Source of the DNA: Octopus bimaculoides
Taxonomy: Eukaryota
DNA: 64,000 nt
Assembly (NCBI RefSeq): GCF_001194135.2
Contig: NC_068988.1
Coordinates: 53,997,264-54,061,263 of the forward strand
Reading direction: 5' to 3'
A program made the translations under genes and the position numbers. The notes beneath the pieces are model-generated. The model searched no databases and was not told the origin of the DNA. It worked only from the letters and a program-made list of their open reading frames with translations. This document shows positions 12,365-24,558 of this stretch, in pieces (position 1 is the stretch's first letter; every line of letters starts with the position of its first letter).

Positions 12365-13084
12365 ATTTGGCTTTTCTCTGATGAAGAAAAAACTTTGACC
12401 AGAATCAAAAGTCTAACAGAAGAAATGACAGGTGGTCATGTTCAGATCCTTCTGGAGTCCCCAGAGTGATGCACATGAAATTTCCAGCAACTGTGATGGT
12501 TTTAGGAGTAGTGAGTAGCGAAGGTCATGTGATGCCTCCCTACTTTTTTTCACAGGGTCTTAGAATTAATGCTGCTGGATACATTGAAGCACTGGAAATG
12601 TTATCAATCCATGGATTGATGAAGTAGGCAATGGAATGTCATACTTGTTTCAACAAGACTCAGCTTCTTCTCACAAGGCCCTAGTCACCCAAGTATGGTT
12701 GTCAGGCAATCTTCATGATTATGTAACACCCAATATGTGTCCTCCATACTCATTAGATTTGGACCCTATGGACTACTACCTGAGGAGTGCTGTTGAAAGG
12801 GAGACTAATTATCATCCTCATAATACCATAGCTTCACTGAAGGTTGCCATTGTTCAGGTGATGTCTGAAATAAATAAGAACCATATAGTTTCAGCATGTC
12901 AGTGGTTTTGGTTCCCCATTGAAGAAGTCAGCGAAGCTGAAGACAGTTTCATAGAATAATTTGCTTAAAAAATCATTATCAAGACTAATTGCGCAAATGT
13001 TTATTCAAATACATATTTATTTATGCTGAAATATAGTTGTTTTATCGTATACCAAAACTGTCCTCAAATACCCCTCACACCCTG
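12365..13084 (+). mobile_element. DD37D (maT) transposase catalytic domain remnant with 3' TIR
   Basis: FSDEK...VMVLGVVSSEGHVMPPYFF...FQQDSASSHKA...PPYSLDLDPMDY (37-residue spacing); ends gtcctcaaatacccctcacaccctg|ta. Confidence 0.9.
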
Positions 13085-13414
13085 TATATGTATGTGTGTA
13101 TTTGTGTGTACCCTTGTTTAGATATCATGTGATGGTTCTAAATGAGCATCGTTGTCATACATGTCTTCTGTGAAAAACATGTCTAGGCATGGGGAAATAT
13201 TACCTTGTTTAGAAGCAAGTGAGGGTTGGTGACAGTAAGGGCATCCAGCTGTAGAAAAATCTACTTCAACAAATTCCGTCTGACCCATGCAAGCATGGGA
13301 AAGTGGATTTTAAAGGATGGTGATGATTTTACGTATATATAATAAATAGACACTTGCTTAAGGTACGGTACATTGAGATTGAACCTAAAAACTCTTGTTC
13401 CCAAAATGAACTTC

Positions 13415-13684
13415 TTAGGTGCGGGTGGCACATAAAATACACCATTCTGAGCATGGCCGTTGCCAGTACCGCCTGGCTGACCTTCGTGCCAGTGGCACGT
13501 AAAAGCACCCACTACACTCCCTGAGTGGTTGGCGTTAGGAAGGGCATCCAGCTGTAGAAACTCTGCGAAATCAGATTGGAGCCTGGTGTAGCCATCTGGT
13601 TTCACCAGTCCTCAGTCAAATCGTCCAACCCATGCTAGCATGGAAAGCGGACGTTAAACGACGATGATGATGATGATGATGATG
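13415..13684 (+). mobile_element. RTE LINE 3' UTR (~1.5 hairpin units) and tail
   Basis: gccagtaccgcctggctgaccttcgtgccagtggcacgtaaaagcacc + canonical tail + (GAT)n. Confidence 0.88.
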
Positions 13685-14074
13685 ATATGTATGTATGTGT
13701 GTTCTATGTGTAACTTTCACCAATGTAAATCAACAGATGATATAACTGTTGGCTTTAAATCAATAAACCGATGCATTTGAGCAAAGTTACCTTGTGGTAT
13801 TTGTTCTGCAGGGAGTTGTACAGAAACTCCCTTGTCACTCTCATTGTCTAAAATGCAGTGAACCCATTATTAGCTGATTGGAAATCTATAGGAAATGATT
13901 TTATTATTCATGAAATGTCTGGGGAGTGAATTTTAATCAATCTGCTGGATAGTCTTCTATCCTAAAACAGTTTTAATTTAGAGTCTGCTCTCCTCTGTAT
14001 ATTTTTGCTTATACTGTAACTTAAATGATTCCCACTCTTTCTAAACTAGTAAGCTACCTATCTACCTAGACAGA

Positions 14075-14326
14075 CAGACATACAGATAGACTGACAGACA
14101 GACAGACATACAGATAGACTGACAGGCAGACAGACATACAGATAGACAGACATACATACAGACAGACAGATAGATATGTAGATTAATACACACACAGATA
14201 TACACAATTCAGTTATACATCCCCCATACACATGTACACTCACACACACACACACACATACTTTCCTTCTTTTACACGCAGACATATCTATCTACAAATA
14301 TACATCTCTCTCTTTCTGTCCTTGTC

Positions 14327-14361
<35 letters not shown>

Positions 14362-14418
14362 GTCTGTCTCTCTGTCTCTGTGCCTGTCTGTCTCTCTCTG
14401 TGCCTGTCTGTCTGTCTT

Positions 14419-14451
<33 letters not shown>

Positions 14452-14452
14452 G

Positions 14453-14519
<67 letters not shown>

Positions 14520-14615
14520 ACACACTCATGTATGTATATTTATATACATACACATATACACACATATATCTTGCTGTATCTAGGTAGGGTCATTGTGCCA
14601 ATAATACAAAAATGA

Positions 14616-14647
<32 letters not shown>

Positions 14648-14650
14648 TAA

Positions 14651-14684
<34 letters not shown>

Positions 14685-14770
14685 GCACGCACGCACGCAC
14701 ACACACACACGCACGCACACGTGCATGCACTCTGATATACATACATGTACTATCATACATACTGATAGTT
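14075..14770. repeat. Compound microsatellite block (GACA)n/(CT)n/(CTGT)n/(CA)n
   Basis: Direct reading. Confidence 0.9.
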
Positions 14771-15009
14771 ATATGTAAACATATACAAATATTATGTACA
14801 TTATGTATGTAAGCTTTGCACAAACTGTCTCAACAAATTTCAAGACCATTGTGTAGCCAAGATGGTTAGCAGCTGATAAGCAAGTGGGTAGAGAAAGAAG
14901 GGTGTATGTGATGAGCTAAACAACTTCTAATTAATAAAGCTGTGTTGTCTGAAGTTAAAAAACAACAACAACAACTAAAATAACACCACAGAAACCTTGT
15001 GACAGTATG

Positions 15010-15615
15010 ACTTGTTTTACATCAAGTCATTTAATGTTATTTCCCACCCATAGCAGCTGGAATCATTGTATTTTGCAAAAAATATCTGCTGTCTTGTTGC
15101 TACCAACTAAAAGCTCACAAAGACTTTGTCAACAATCCTTTACTTTTGGAATGGAAAGTAGAACAATTATGTCTGATGTTATAAATCTTTTGAAAGGAAT
15201 ATTCCAAGGAGACAATGGCTTTAGCTTTGTTTGGTTTGCTACTAAACTCGCTGTCATTCTGTAATACTTATACATGCTAAAGTCTACAGCAGTAAGTACC
15301 ACTAATGTAACTCATAATTTCTTTGTTGCTGATATAAAGATCTATGCTGGATATATCTACATTGCTGAGAAAAACCTTGATTTAATATGGTTTTTCAGCT
15401 GATATAGGAATTGGCCTGAAGAAATGATCATATAGATTACTTCACAAACCAAAATCATTCACATCAATGGTCTATCTGCCTCTCATATTCAACACAATGA
15501 GTGCTGTAAATGTCTATATAGTGACAGAAATGTTCCATACAAAGGTACTACTAATAAAAGTAGACTGATGGAAGAATAATTTGCAAGACTTGAGAAAAAT
15601 ATGAGAATTTGGGCT
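15010..15615 (+). pseudogene. Decayed reverse transcriptase of an R4/Dong-like (RLE) non-LTR retrotransposon
   Basis: INLLKGIFQGD...THNFFVADIKIYA...LDLIWFFS.DIG..GLKK, matching the GIFQGD / H..(Y/F).DD.K.YA / FS.DIGM.FG..KC pattern; contains stops and frameshifts. Confidence 0.8.
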
Positions 15616-15729
15616 TTCTTTTTACAAGACAAAAAACCCTATTAGAAAAAAAATCTACCCTAACTATATCAAAATCCATAAAATCTTAACACCAATTGTA
15701 AATTTTCAGAGATAGTCATTTAGGCACAA

Positions 15730-15913
15730 ATATGGCTGTGTGGTTAAGCAGTTCACTTTGCAACCATAAGGTTTTGGATTCAATCTCACTGCACATCTTG
15801 GGAAAATGTCTTCTATTGCCCTGAGTCAATCAATACTCTGTGAGTGAATCTGGTAGATGGAAACTGTGTAAAAGCTTGTTGTGCGTACATGTGTGTGTGT
15901 TTATGTATGTTTA

Positions 15914-15950
<37 letters not shown>
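15730..15950 (+). mobile_element. SINE family A head with (TG)n, inserted in the R4-like element
   Basis: tggctgtgtgg...ggattcaatctc...gtgagtgaatctggtagatggaaactg. Confidence 0.7.
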
Positions 15951-15954
<4 letters not shown>

Positions 15955-15977
15955 ATATATATACACATATACATACA

Positions 15978-16235
15978 TTGGCACTTGTGCCAGTGGTACG
16001 TGAAAAGACATTTGAGTGAGATCGTTGCCAGTACCACTGGACTGGCTCCTGTGCAGGTGGCATGTAAAATACACCATTTCGAACGTGGCCGTTGCCAGTA
16101 CCGCCTGACTGGCCTTCGTGCCGGTGGCATGTAAAAGCACCCACTACACTCTCGGAGTGGTTGGTGTTAGGAAGGGCATCCAGCTGTAGAAACTCTGCCA
16201 AATCAGATTGGAGCCTGTTGTAGCCACCTGGTCCA
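15978..16235 (+). mobile_element. RTE LINE 3' UTR (~2.5 hairpin units), 3' truncated
   Basis: Units gccagtacc..actggc / gtgc.ggtggca. followed by the first half of the tail. Confidence 0.85.
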
Positions 16236-16309
16236 CCAGGGATCGAGGTTATTGACTTAACCCCTTCCCTTAAATTGCTGGCCTTGTACCAAAATTTGAA
16301 ACTAATATT

Positions 16310-16615
16310 TACATGGAATATATTCTCTATCTCTCTTGGACATGAGATTGTTACATGTCACATTTTGAAGGATACACTTTTGCAATTGAAGAGCAAGAGA
16401 TAACCAGAAAATACTTGTTAAACACAAAGGACATTGAAACACTTGACTGTATAAGATGGGACTATTATGTTGACTGCATTACATATCTGTGGAAGGTATT
16501 ACCTTTGTCATTGGCAGTTGTCCAAAAATGTCATCAAAGTATTATCTTCCTATATAGTTATCTTTCTATGACATTGTTACTATATATATGATGCCATCCA
16601 TAGGAAAGACTGTTT
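16310..16615 (+). pseudogene. R4/Dong-like element, C-terminal region around the CCHC knuckle
   Basis: EGYTFAIEEQEITRKYL and, in a shifted frame, IGSCPKMSSKYYLP...DIV; homologous to SC.KMVSWYYLSLRHDVVAK at 40.7 kb. Confidence 0.65.
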
Positions 16616-16617
16616 AT

Positions 16618-16942
16618 ATCAAAGGTTAAGAACTCCTTCAGTCATGAACGACTATGGGATTGCACCTAGAAAGTTCCCCTCTGAGACAGAAGTCTGGGCA
16701 AGGTTGTTTATGGAAGACGAGTAGTCACCCATGCATACCAGCCTCCCCTCTCCATGCCATCAATGTTATCCAAGGGAAAGGCACCAGTGACGTCACAACT
16801 CATATCTACAGCTAAGTGAGCTGGGACAATGTAAGATAAAGTGTCTTGCTCAAGAACACAACACACAGCCTGGTCTGGGAATCGAACTCGCTACCTCATG
16901 ATCATAAGCCCAATGCTCTAACCACTGAGCCATGTCCCTTCA
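16618..16942 (-). mobile_element. tRNA-derived SINE family C variant
   Basis: Reverse complement reads tggctcagtggttagagcatt...gtgttcttgagcaagacactt. Confidence 0.75.
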
Positions 16943-17204
16943 TTTGCTTATATTACTAAGTGTTTAAATAATAGTTTTGGAAAGATTGGGTAAAGATAGA
17001 GACCATCAAATACATATTCTGCAAACTCAATTTGCATGTGGAAATACACAAGATTTTTTCTGAAGTTTATCAACTTAAATGCAGGAGCCATGTTTCTTGG
17101 TAACTGGCTGCTAACTGTATGTAACAGTAAATTTGAAAGTAATGGCTCTTTGAAAGGTGTAAATAATTAGTTGAGAAGTAATTTGTGCTCTGTTACCAAC
17201 ACAT

Positions 17205-18365
17205 ACATACATCATTATCATTTTAACAGCCTATATTTTATGCTTTCATAGGTCGGGTAGAATTTTATTGAGACACATTTTCTGCAGCCAGATGTTGTTC
17301 CTATCATTGGTCTTCATTTGTATCCAATCAAGCACATATTTTCCCATGACTGGACATGTTTTCATGGAAGTTTGGGAATGAATAGCACTACTTCTATGAT
17401 AGTGACACCCATTCACAATCATTGCTCAGATATCAAGACAACAATACTATTATCCTTCACTCTTATATACATCCACATATATACATATACGATAGGTTTC
17501 TTTTAGTTTCATCATCATCATCATCGTCGTCGTTGTCATCATCATCATCATCATCAACATCATCATCATCATCATCATCATCATTTATATGCTGGCCTGG
17601 ATCAGACGGGACTGTAAAGGCTAGGGGCCATGCCAGGTTCCTTAGTCTGTTTTGGTTTGGTTTCTATGGCTGGATGTCCTTCCTAATGTCAGCCATTCCA
17701 CAGAGTGTACTGGGTGCTTTTTAAGTGGCACCAGCACCAGTGATTTTTACAAAGCACCAGCACCTACACCAACTCTTTTACATGGCACCTGGGTTTTAGG
17801 ATCTCAATTCTGTTGTGGTGGGCAGGTCTTCTCAAGCACAGCAATGCACCACATATCTTGGTTGTTTGTCATCTTCTTCGTAATGTTCAGTGTTTTGAGA
17901 TTGGTCTTCAAAACTTCATCCCATGTCTTCCTGGGTCTCCTTCTTCCACAACTTCCCTTCACTTTAAGTGATTAGTATTTCTCTATGCAACTGTCCTCAT
18001 CAATCCACATCACATGACCAAACCAGTGCAGCCTCCTTATATGTATGTAAGTATGTGTGTGTGTATGTGTGTATATAATTCTGCATATGCTCACATTCTC
18101 AATACACCAATGCTCTGTCACACATGCACACTAAGATTGCTCATCCAGCAGAACATACCAGCTTCGTTTCTCTCCAGCCTTCACATATCCTCTGCATTCA
18201 GGAACCCCCCATTTCACTACAATGCAGCATTACAGTTCATACAAAAATCCATCACAAGGCTTTTATTGACCTGAAGTTTCAGGAGAAGACACTTTTCCAC
18301 AGTGCCGTGCAGAAGGACTGAATCTGAAACCACTTGGTTGAGAAGCAAACTTCTCAACTACAGTC
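17205..18365 (-). mobile_element. SINE family A2 split by an RTE insertion (head 18245-18365, body/tail 17205-17510)
   Basis: Head ends at ...ccttgtgatggatttt; SINE resumes gaaactaaaagaaacctatcgtata below 17510 and continues to the A2 tail. Confidence 0.65.
17512..18245 (-). mobile_element. 5'-truncated RTE LINE (RT C-terminus + 3' end)
   Basis: RLERNEAGMFCWMSNLSVH and RRLHWFGHV...GRRRPRKTWDEVLK; (CAT)n at 17512-17583. Confidence 0.85.
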
Positions 18366-18926
18366 ATACTCACATACTATACCCATATATCCCTTAATCC
18401 ATTTGATCTTTGGAATATCATTGTATCTTCATGAAGTATATCTTATGTAAATCATCCTAGTTTAGTCTTTGTCTCTCCAAGTTGTGTAGTAACAGCAAAA
18501 GTTGAACTCAGAACTCTAAGCTTATGAATTACTTGTCGATTTTACAGTGCTACAACTGTTACTCATATCTACTATGAGCTGCCTACTCTCAACCAGGAAG
18601 TACTTTGGACTCATATATAATGCAGTTCTGGTAGCAGACTATGAATCAGTAAGTTCTCAACTGATTGTCCCCACATTTCTAAGAGCTTTTATTTTCAAAA
18701 TTTGCAGTTACATATAAACAACCAACCGACTGACTAGCCAGCCAAACAAAACTGTGGTTTGGAAATGTAATCCCTGTTTAACTCTGTTTCTCTGTCCCTC
18801 TACCGCTCTCTCGCAAACATAAATTATATACACAATAAATTTATAGATAAACTAAATAGATAGGTGGGTAGAATGATAAACAGATGGACACAGAGAGACA
18901 AATAGTAGTTTGGATTAATAAAGGGA

Positions 18927-18966
<40 letters not shown>

Positions 18967-19509
18967 GGTATCTAGATGTATGTATCTCTCTCTCCCTCTG
19001 TGTGTGTGTCTATCTGTGTGTGCGTGTGTGTGTGTATGTATAATGTAGTGACAAATTAGGGTCACCTGATTAGAAAATATTTAATTAAATTTTAGGTTCA
19101 TGAAGCATGTAACTATTGATTTATTTAACCAAGGCACATAAGACACTAAATATACATACATACATACATATATGTATGTATGTATACATATACATGTGTG
19201 TGTGTGTGTGTATACACACATATATATACACATATATACATATATATGTGTGTGTATGTATGTGTGTGTATATCTATGTATGTATATATGTGTATATATA
19301 CATATATGTGTGTGTGCCTATGCTCATGCACACACACATATTTATAGATTAGCAGCAATATCCAAACTTGTCTACATTTATTAACACATAAAATAAATAA
19401 ATAATTATGATAACTATATTTTTGATAAATTGCTTTAAAAAGATGCTGACAATCTTCAGAATTGTTTTATCCAAGTAAATCAGAAATTGATTCAAGTTGG
19501 GTTTCATAA

Positions 19510-19511
<2 letters not shown>

Positions 19512-19542
<31 letters not shown>

Positions 19543-19844
19543 TGTATGTATGTATGTATGCACGCATGCATGCATGTATGTATGTATGTATGCATGTATG
19601 CATGCATGTATGTATGTATCCATGCATGTAAGCATGTATGTAGGCATGCATGCATGTATGTATGTATGTAAATATGCACGTATGCATGTATGCATGTATG
19701 CAAGCATGCATGCATGTATATATGCATGTATGTATATATGTATGTATATATGTATGTATACATGTATGTATATATGTATGATGTATGTATGTACGAATGT
19801 ATGTATGAATGTACACATGCATGTATGTATATGTGTTTATGTAT
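19512..19844. repeat. (TATG)n/(CATG)n compound microsatellite
   Basis: Direct reading. Confidence 0.95.
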
Positions 19845-20539
19845 NNNNNNNNNNNNNNNNNNNNNNNNNNNNNNNNNNNNNNNNNNNNNNNNNNNNNNNN
19901 NNNNNNNNNNNNNNNNNNNNNNNNNNNNNNNNNNNNNNNNNNNNNNNNNNNNNNNNNNNNNNNNNNNNNNNNNNNNNNNNNNNNNNNNNNNNNNNNNNNN
20001 NNNNNNNNNNNNNNNNNNNNNNNNNNNNNNNNNNNNNNNNNNNNNNNNNNNNNNNNNNNNNNNNNNNNNNNNNNNNNNNNNNNNNNNNNNNNNNNNNNNN
20101 NNNNNNNNNNNNNNNNNNNNNNNNNNNNNNNNNNNNNNNNNNNNNNNNNNNNNNNNNNNNNNNNNNNNNNNNNNNNNNNNNNNNNNNNNNNNNNNNNNNN
20201 NNNNNNNNNNNNNNNNNNNNNNNNNNNNNNNNNNNNNNNNNNNNNNNNNNNNNNNNNNNNNNNNNNNNNNNNNNNNNNNNNNNNNNNNNNNNNNNNNNNN
20301 NNNNNNNNNNNNNNNNNNNNNNNNNNNNNNNNNNNNNNNNNNNNNNNNNNNNNNNNNNNNNNNNNNNNNNNNNNNNNNNNNNNNNNNNNNNNNNNNNNNN
20401 NNNNNNNNNNNNNNNNNNNNNNNNNNNNNNNNNNNNNNNNNNNNNNNNNNNNNNNNNNNNNNNNNNNNNNNNNNNNNNNNNNNNNNNNNNNNNNNNNNNN
20501 NNNNNNNNNNNNNNNNNNNNNNNNNNNNNNNNNNNNNNA

Positions 20540-21588
20540 GGTAGAAACTCCATAAGATGTACCCAGTGTAAGCTATGGATGCTTAAGAGGTGCAGCAACA
20601 TCAAAGGAAGGTTAACTGGGAAGATAGCTTTTGTGTGCGGCAGATGCACAGAGGCAATAAACACCACAGATGCTCAGAAAACTGATTCCATCACATGCCA
20701 GGGGGAGAAAAGAAACTAGATGTAGTTGATAGCTGCAGCTACCTAGAGGATCAAGTCTGTAGTGGGGGTGGATGCTCAGAGAGTGTTGCCACTAGAATAA
20801 GAATAGCCTGAGCAAAGTTCAGAAAGCTCCTACCTCTACTGGTAACAAAGGGCCTCTCGCTCAGAGTGAAAGGTAGATTGTACAATGCATTTGTGTGAAC
20901 TGCTATGCTACACAGCAGTGAAACATGGTCCATGACTGCTGAAGACATGCATAGGATCGAAAGAAATGAAACTAGTATGATCCATTGGATGTGTAATGTC
21001 AGTGTGCACACACGACAGAATGTAAGAGCCTTGAGAGAAATGTTGGACATGAAAAGCATCAGATGTGGTGTGCAAGAGAAAAGCTGGTATGGTCATGTAG
21101 CGAGAATGGACGAGGAGAGCTGTGTGAAGAAGTGTCACTCCCTAATGGTGGAAGGAACTTGTGGAAGAGGGAAACCCAGGAAGACCTGGGATGAGGTGGT
21201 GAAGCATGACCTTCGAACACTGGGCCTCACAGAAGCAATGATGAAAGACTGAGACCTCTGGAGATATGCTGTGATTGAGAAGACCCAGCAAGGAAAGTGA
21301 GATCACAGGCATAGCCTACACCAGTGTTGCATAACCAACCCATTTAATAAGTACCATTGAATTGTCAGGTGACATTCCATGCTTGAGGAAACCTATTGAG
21401 TCAAGTAAATCAAAATCAAATCAAATTACAATCAAATGGAAATTATAGTCGTGCCCGTTACCGCTGCTGGTGGCATATGATAAGCACCATTTCTGTGTGG
21501 GTTGCTGCCAGAGCTGCCCGGCTGGCTCCCTGTGTCGCTTGCACATAAAAAGGACCATCCGAATGTGGTCGATGCCAGCAGCCCCACC
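20540..21588 (+). mobile_element. RTE-clade LINE: ORF C-terminus plus 3' UTR with hairpin units (both ends in gaps)
   Basis: NSIRCTQCKLW..KRCS...CGRC; LDVVDS..YL.DQV; SETWSMTAEDMHRIERNE; WYGHVARM...GRGKPRKTWDEVVK; UTR at 21320-21588 matches 35390-35560. Confidence 0.92.
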
Positions 21589-22229
21589 NNNNNNNNNNNN
21601 NNNNNNNNNNNNNNNNNNNNNNNNNNNNNNNNNNNNNNNNNNNNNNNNNNNNNNNNNNNNNNNNNNNNNNNNNNNNNNNNNNNNNNNNNNNNNNNNNNNN
21701 NNNNNNNNNNNNNNNNNNNNNNNNNNNNNNNNNNNNNNNNNNNNNNNNNNNNNNNNNNNNNNNNNNNNNNNNNNNNNNNNNNNNNNNNNNNNNNNNNNNN
21801 NNNNNNNNNNNNNNNNNNNNNNNNNNNNNNNNNNNNNNNNNNNNNNNNNNNNNNNNNNNNNNNNNNNNNNNNNNNNNNNNNNNNNNNNNNNNNNNNNNNN
21901 NNNNNNNNNNNNNNNNNNNNNNNNNNNNNNNNNNNNNNNNNNNNNNNNNNNNNNNNNNNNNNNNNNNNNNNNNNNNNNNNNNNNNNNNNNNNNNNNNNNN
22001 NNNNNNNNNNNNNNNNNNNNNNNNNNNNNNNNNNNNNNNNNNNNNNNNNNNNNNNNNNNNNNNNNNNNNNNNNNNNNNNNNNNNNNNNNNNNNNNNNNNN
22101 NNNNNNNNNNNNNNNNNNNNNNNNNNNNNNNNNNNNNNNNNNNNNNNNNNNNNNNNNNNNNNNNNNNNNNNNNNNNNATATATATATATATATATATACA
22201 TATATTTATGACATTTATGTAACACAGAT

Positions 22230-22421
22230 TTTACTATATACGTGTGACTGTGGTTTTACAAAGATATCACACAATATACCTGTAGCTATGGGATAAAGGT
22301 GATATATATCTGTGACTGAGGTATAGCAAACACTATCTGTATCTGTGATTATACAAGTACCATACAATATTTTTGTGACTGTGGTGTAATAGAGATATCT
22401 CACATGTGTGTGTGTGTGTAT

Positions 22422-22464
<43 letters not shown>

Positions 22465-22745
22465 ACAGTTTTGTAATTGAGATATCACACAGTGTGCATG
22501 TAAATAGTGATATTACAGAATATACATGTGGTTGCAATGTAACTGACTGCACAGAACATACATGTGACTGTAATTTATCAGCTGTTAAATAATGTATATA
22601 TCTGTGATGTAACATGCATCACGTAATGGATATGACTGTGATGCAACAGCTCCGTAATGCATGTGGCAGTGATGTAACATGCATCGTGTAATACAGAAAT
22701 CTGCAGCGTAACAGACATCATGCAATAGATGTAACAGATACCCCA
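22230..22745. repeat. Highly degenerate minisatellite (tgtgactgtg.tgtaa..gatat motif)
   Basis: Recurrent gtgactg/gatgtaac/gatat(a/c) motifs spaced at roughly 35-60 bp. Confidence 0.5.
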
Positions 22746-22825
22746 GAATGCATTCAAATCTTGAAGAATAGAAGAATCGAAGCCAGCAGCAATCAGAAAT
22801 AATTGCACTGTTTGTTTTCCCACAC

Positions 22826-22897
22826 CTGACCGATTGATGTATAGCTGACGTATGGATCCTGCAAGTCGCGCCGGTTTCGTTCTGTGATTGAGAATCT
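22826..22897 (-). CDS. Candidate coding exon 2 of an unidentified host gene (RFSITERNRRDLQDPYVSYTSIGQ)
   Basis: Acceptor gctaacacattcatatag, 72 nt open in phase 0, donor CAG|gtgtgg; non-repetitive and CpG-containing. Confidence 0.45.
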
Positions 22898-23063
22898 CTA
22901 TATGAATGTGTTAGCTGAATTCGCACACAATCTTCATTCATTGATGACTGTTTTTCGTTCAGTTATTGATTGTGTAATATAGCATGCCACCAGTAAAGCA
23001 TGAGGCAGTGGGTGTAGTAGTAGTGTAGGTGAGAACATTAACGGAGTAGCTGCAACATTCTAC

Positions 23064-23096
23064 CTTAGTGGATGTCTTCTTACTGCCGTCTGCCAT
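23064..23096 (-). CDS. Candidate first coding exon of an unidentified host gene (MADGSKKTSTK)
   Basis: ATG in good context (ggaATGG), in-frame upstream TAA, donor AAG|gtagaa; splices in phase to 22897 across a 166-nt intron. Confidence 0.45.
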
Positions 23097-24527
23097 TCCT
23101 TAGACTACTGCTGTTGCTGGAACCGGCTGTCTGCTACTACAGGAAGAAGATCGTGGCAAGTTACACTTTGAAAGCAGCAGACAGCTTTTTTTCCTTCCTT
23201 TCTCTCTCTTTATTTCGTTCTCCTTCTCTTCTCTCTCTTATTTTCTTCTTCCCTATCTGTCAGCTTGTCTCTCTTTTGTTTTGTTTCATTTAAAAACCAG
23301 CATCAATCATATATCATATCTGATGGAATGTCAAAAAATTTCCCTTTGCCTCATTGTTCTAGTGTCACCTCTCTATAGTGTTGACTATGAATTTCATAAG
23401 GAAACCAACAAGTCTCTCCATGAGTGAAACGAAATACATCTAACAAGTAAATAAAATATGCAGTCACACTTCCTCTACTTTCATTTTCACTTTCCACTGG
23501 GAGTTATCATGCTGTTACCCACTTGGGTACAATAGACAGATGCACTAGACGCACATTTCTTCTGGCGGCAGCATTTCATCTTGTTAAAAATAGTATGTTA
23601 GGGTCAGATGTCAAGTTATATTAGCACCATCTATGATAACAGTCCACTGACAGCTGAACCTCAGCAGCAATCTGGTGCTCCTCATGGACACAACTGGATC
23701 TAGGCATTTACCACTGGTCATCTATACAATTTCACACTGGCCCACATATCTTCCCACACTCTACAAACTTGCATATCCCTATTTTAGTTATCTCCATGCT
23801 GAAGTGTGGTCCACTGTTCTTCTACCAGGCATGGCATGTTTTCAGTTTAGATGTTTGTCGTTTACTTACCCATGGAGGGATATTTTCCACTGGTTAACTA
23901 AGGCTCTATCACGTCTTAGAAACAACACAACGCTACAGGTTAGTATACCTTCATGCTTCTTCTTTTACACCTTTTTCTTTCTTTTACCTTCATCCTTTGA
24001 CACTTCCCTTTATTATCAATTTTTTTTTATTGATTTGATTATAATCTTTGTCACTTCTTCCCCCCACTACGTAATATAAAACATCAACAAGAAAATAAGT
24101 AAATTTCAAACAAATATCAAAAAATATTGTACTGTCTTCTCAAACTTCATGTAATGAAAAAAAGTAGAGTTAGACACTATTATGTCATTAGGAAATAATT
24201 TCATACTTTTTAATGAAGTTTATGAAACTTGGTTCTCTATTATGCTTCATTCATTTCTTCCTTTCTGCTTTCATTGTTATAAAACTTACGTTAAACATAA
24301 AATTCTATATACTTTACTACAATCCCATTTCTTTGAATATCTCGATTTTAATCAATAAAGCAATATGTGTGTGTGTGTGTGTATGTGTGTGTGTATGTGT
24401 GTGTGTATGTGTGTGTGTGTGTATGTATATATGGATGTATGTATATACATTCATATTATATATATATATTTATGTATATATGCATATGTATACACATTAT
24501 ATATATAATATATGTATGTGTATATAT

Positions 24528-24558
<31 letters not shown>

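Noticed and set aside
12376-12400. CTGATGA as a hammerhead core
   Set aside because: It is the FSDEK codons of the DD37D transposase, with no ribozyme stems
18245-18365. Nascent SINE formed by a tRNA head fused to an RTE ORF
   Set aside because: The rest of the SINE is found beyond the RTE 3' end, so it is a nested insertion
18548-18648. Plus-strand exon candidate (tttacag|...TCA|gtaagt; LQLLLISTMSCLLSTRKYFGLIYNAVLVADYES)
   Set aside because: No recognisable protein, no partner exons, and on the opposite strand to the better candidate; compatible with chance
23847-23939. Plus-strand exon candidate FRCLSFTYPWRDIFHWLTKALSRLRNNTTLQ
   Set aside because: Overlaps equally plausible minus-strand splice signals and has no homology I can recognise; cannot be supported
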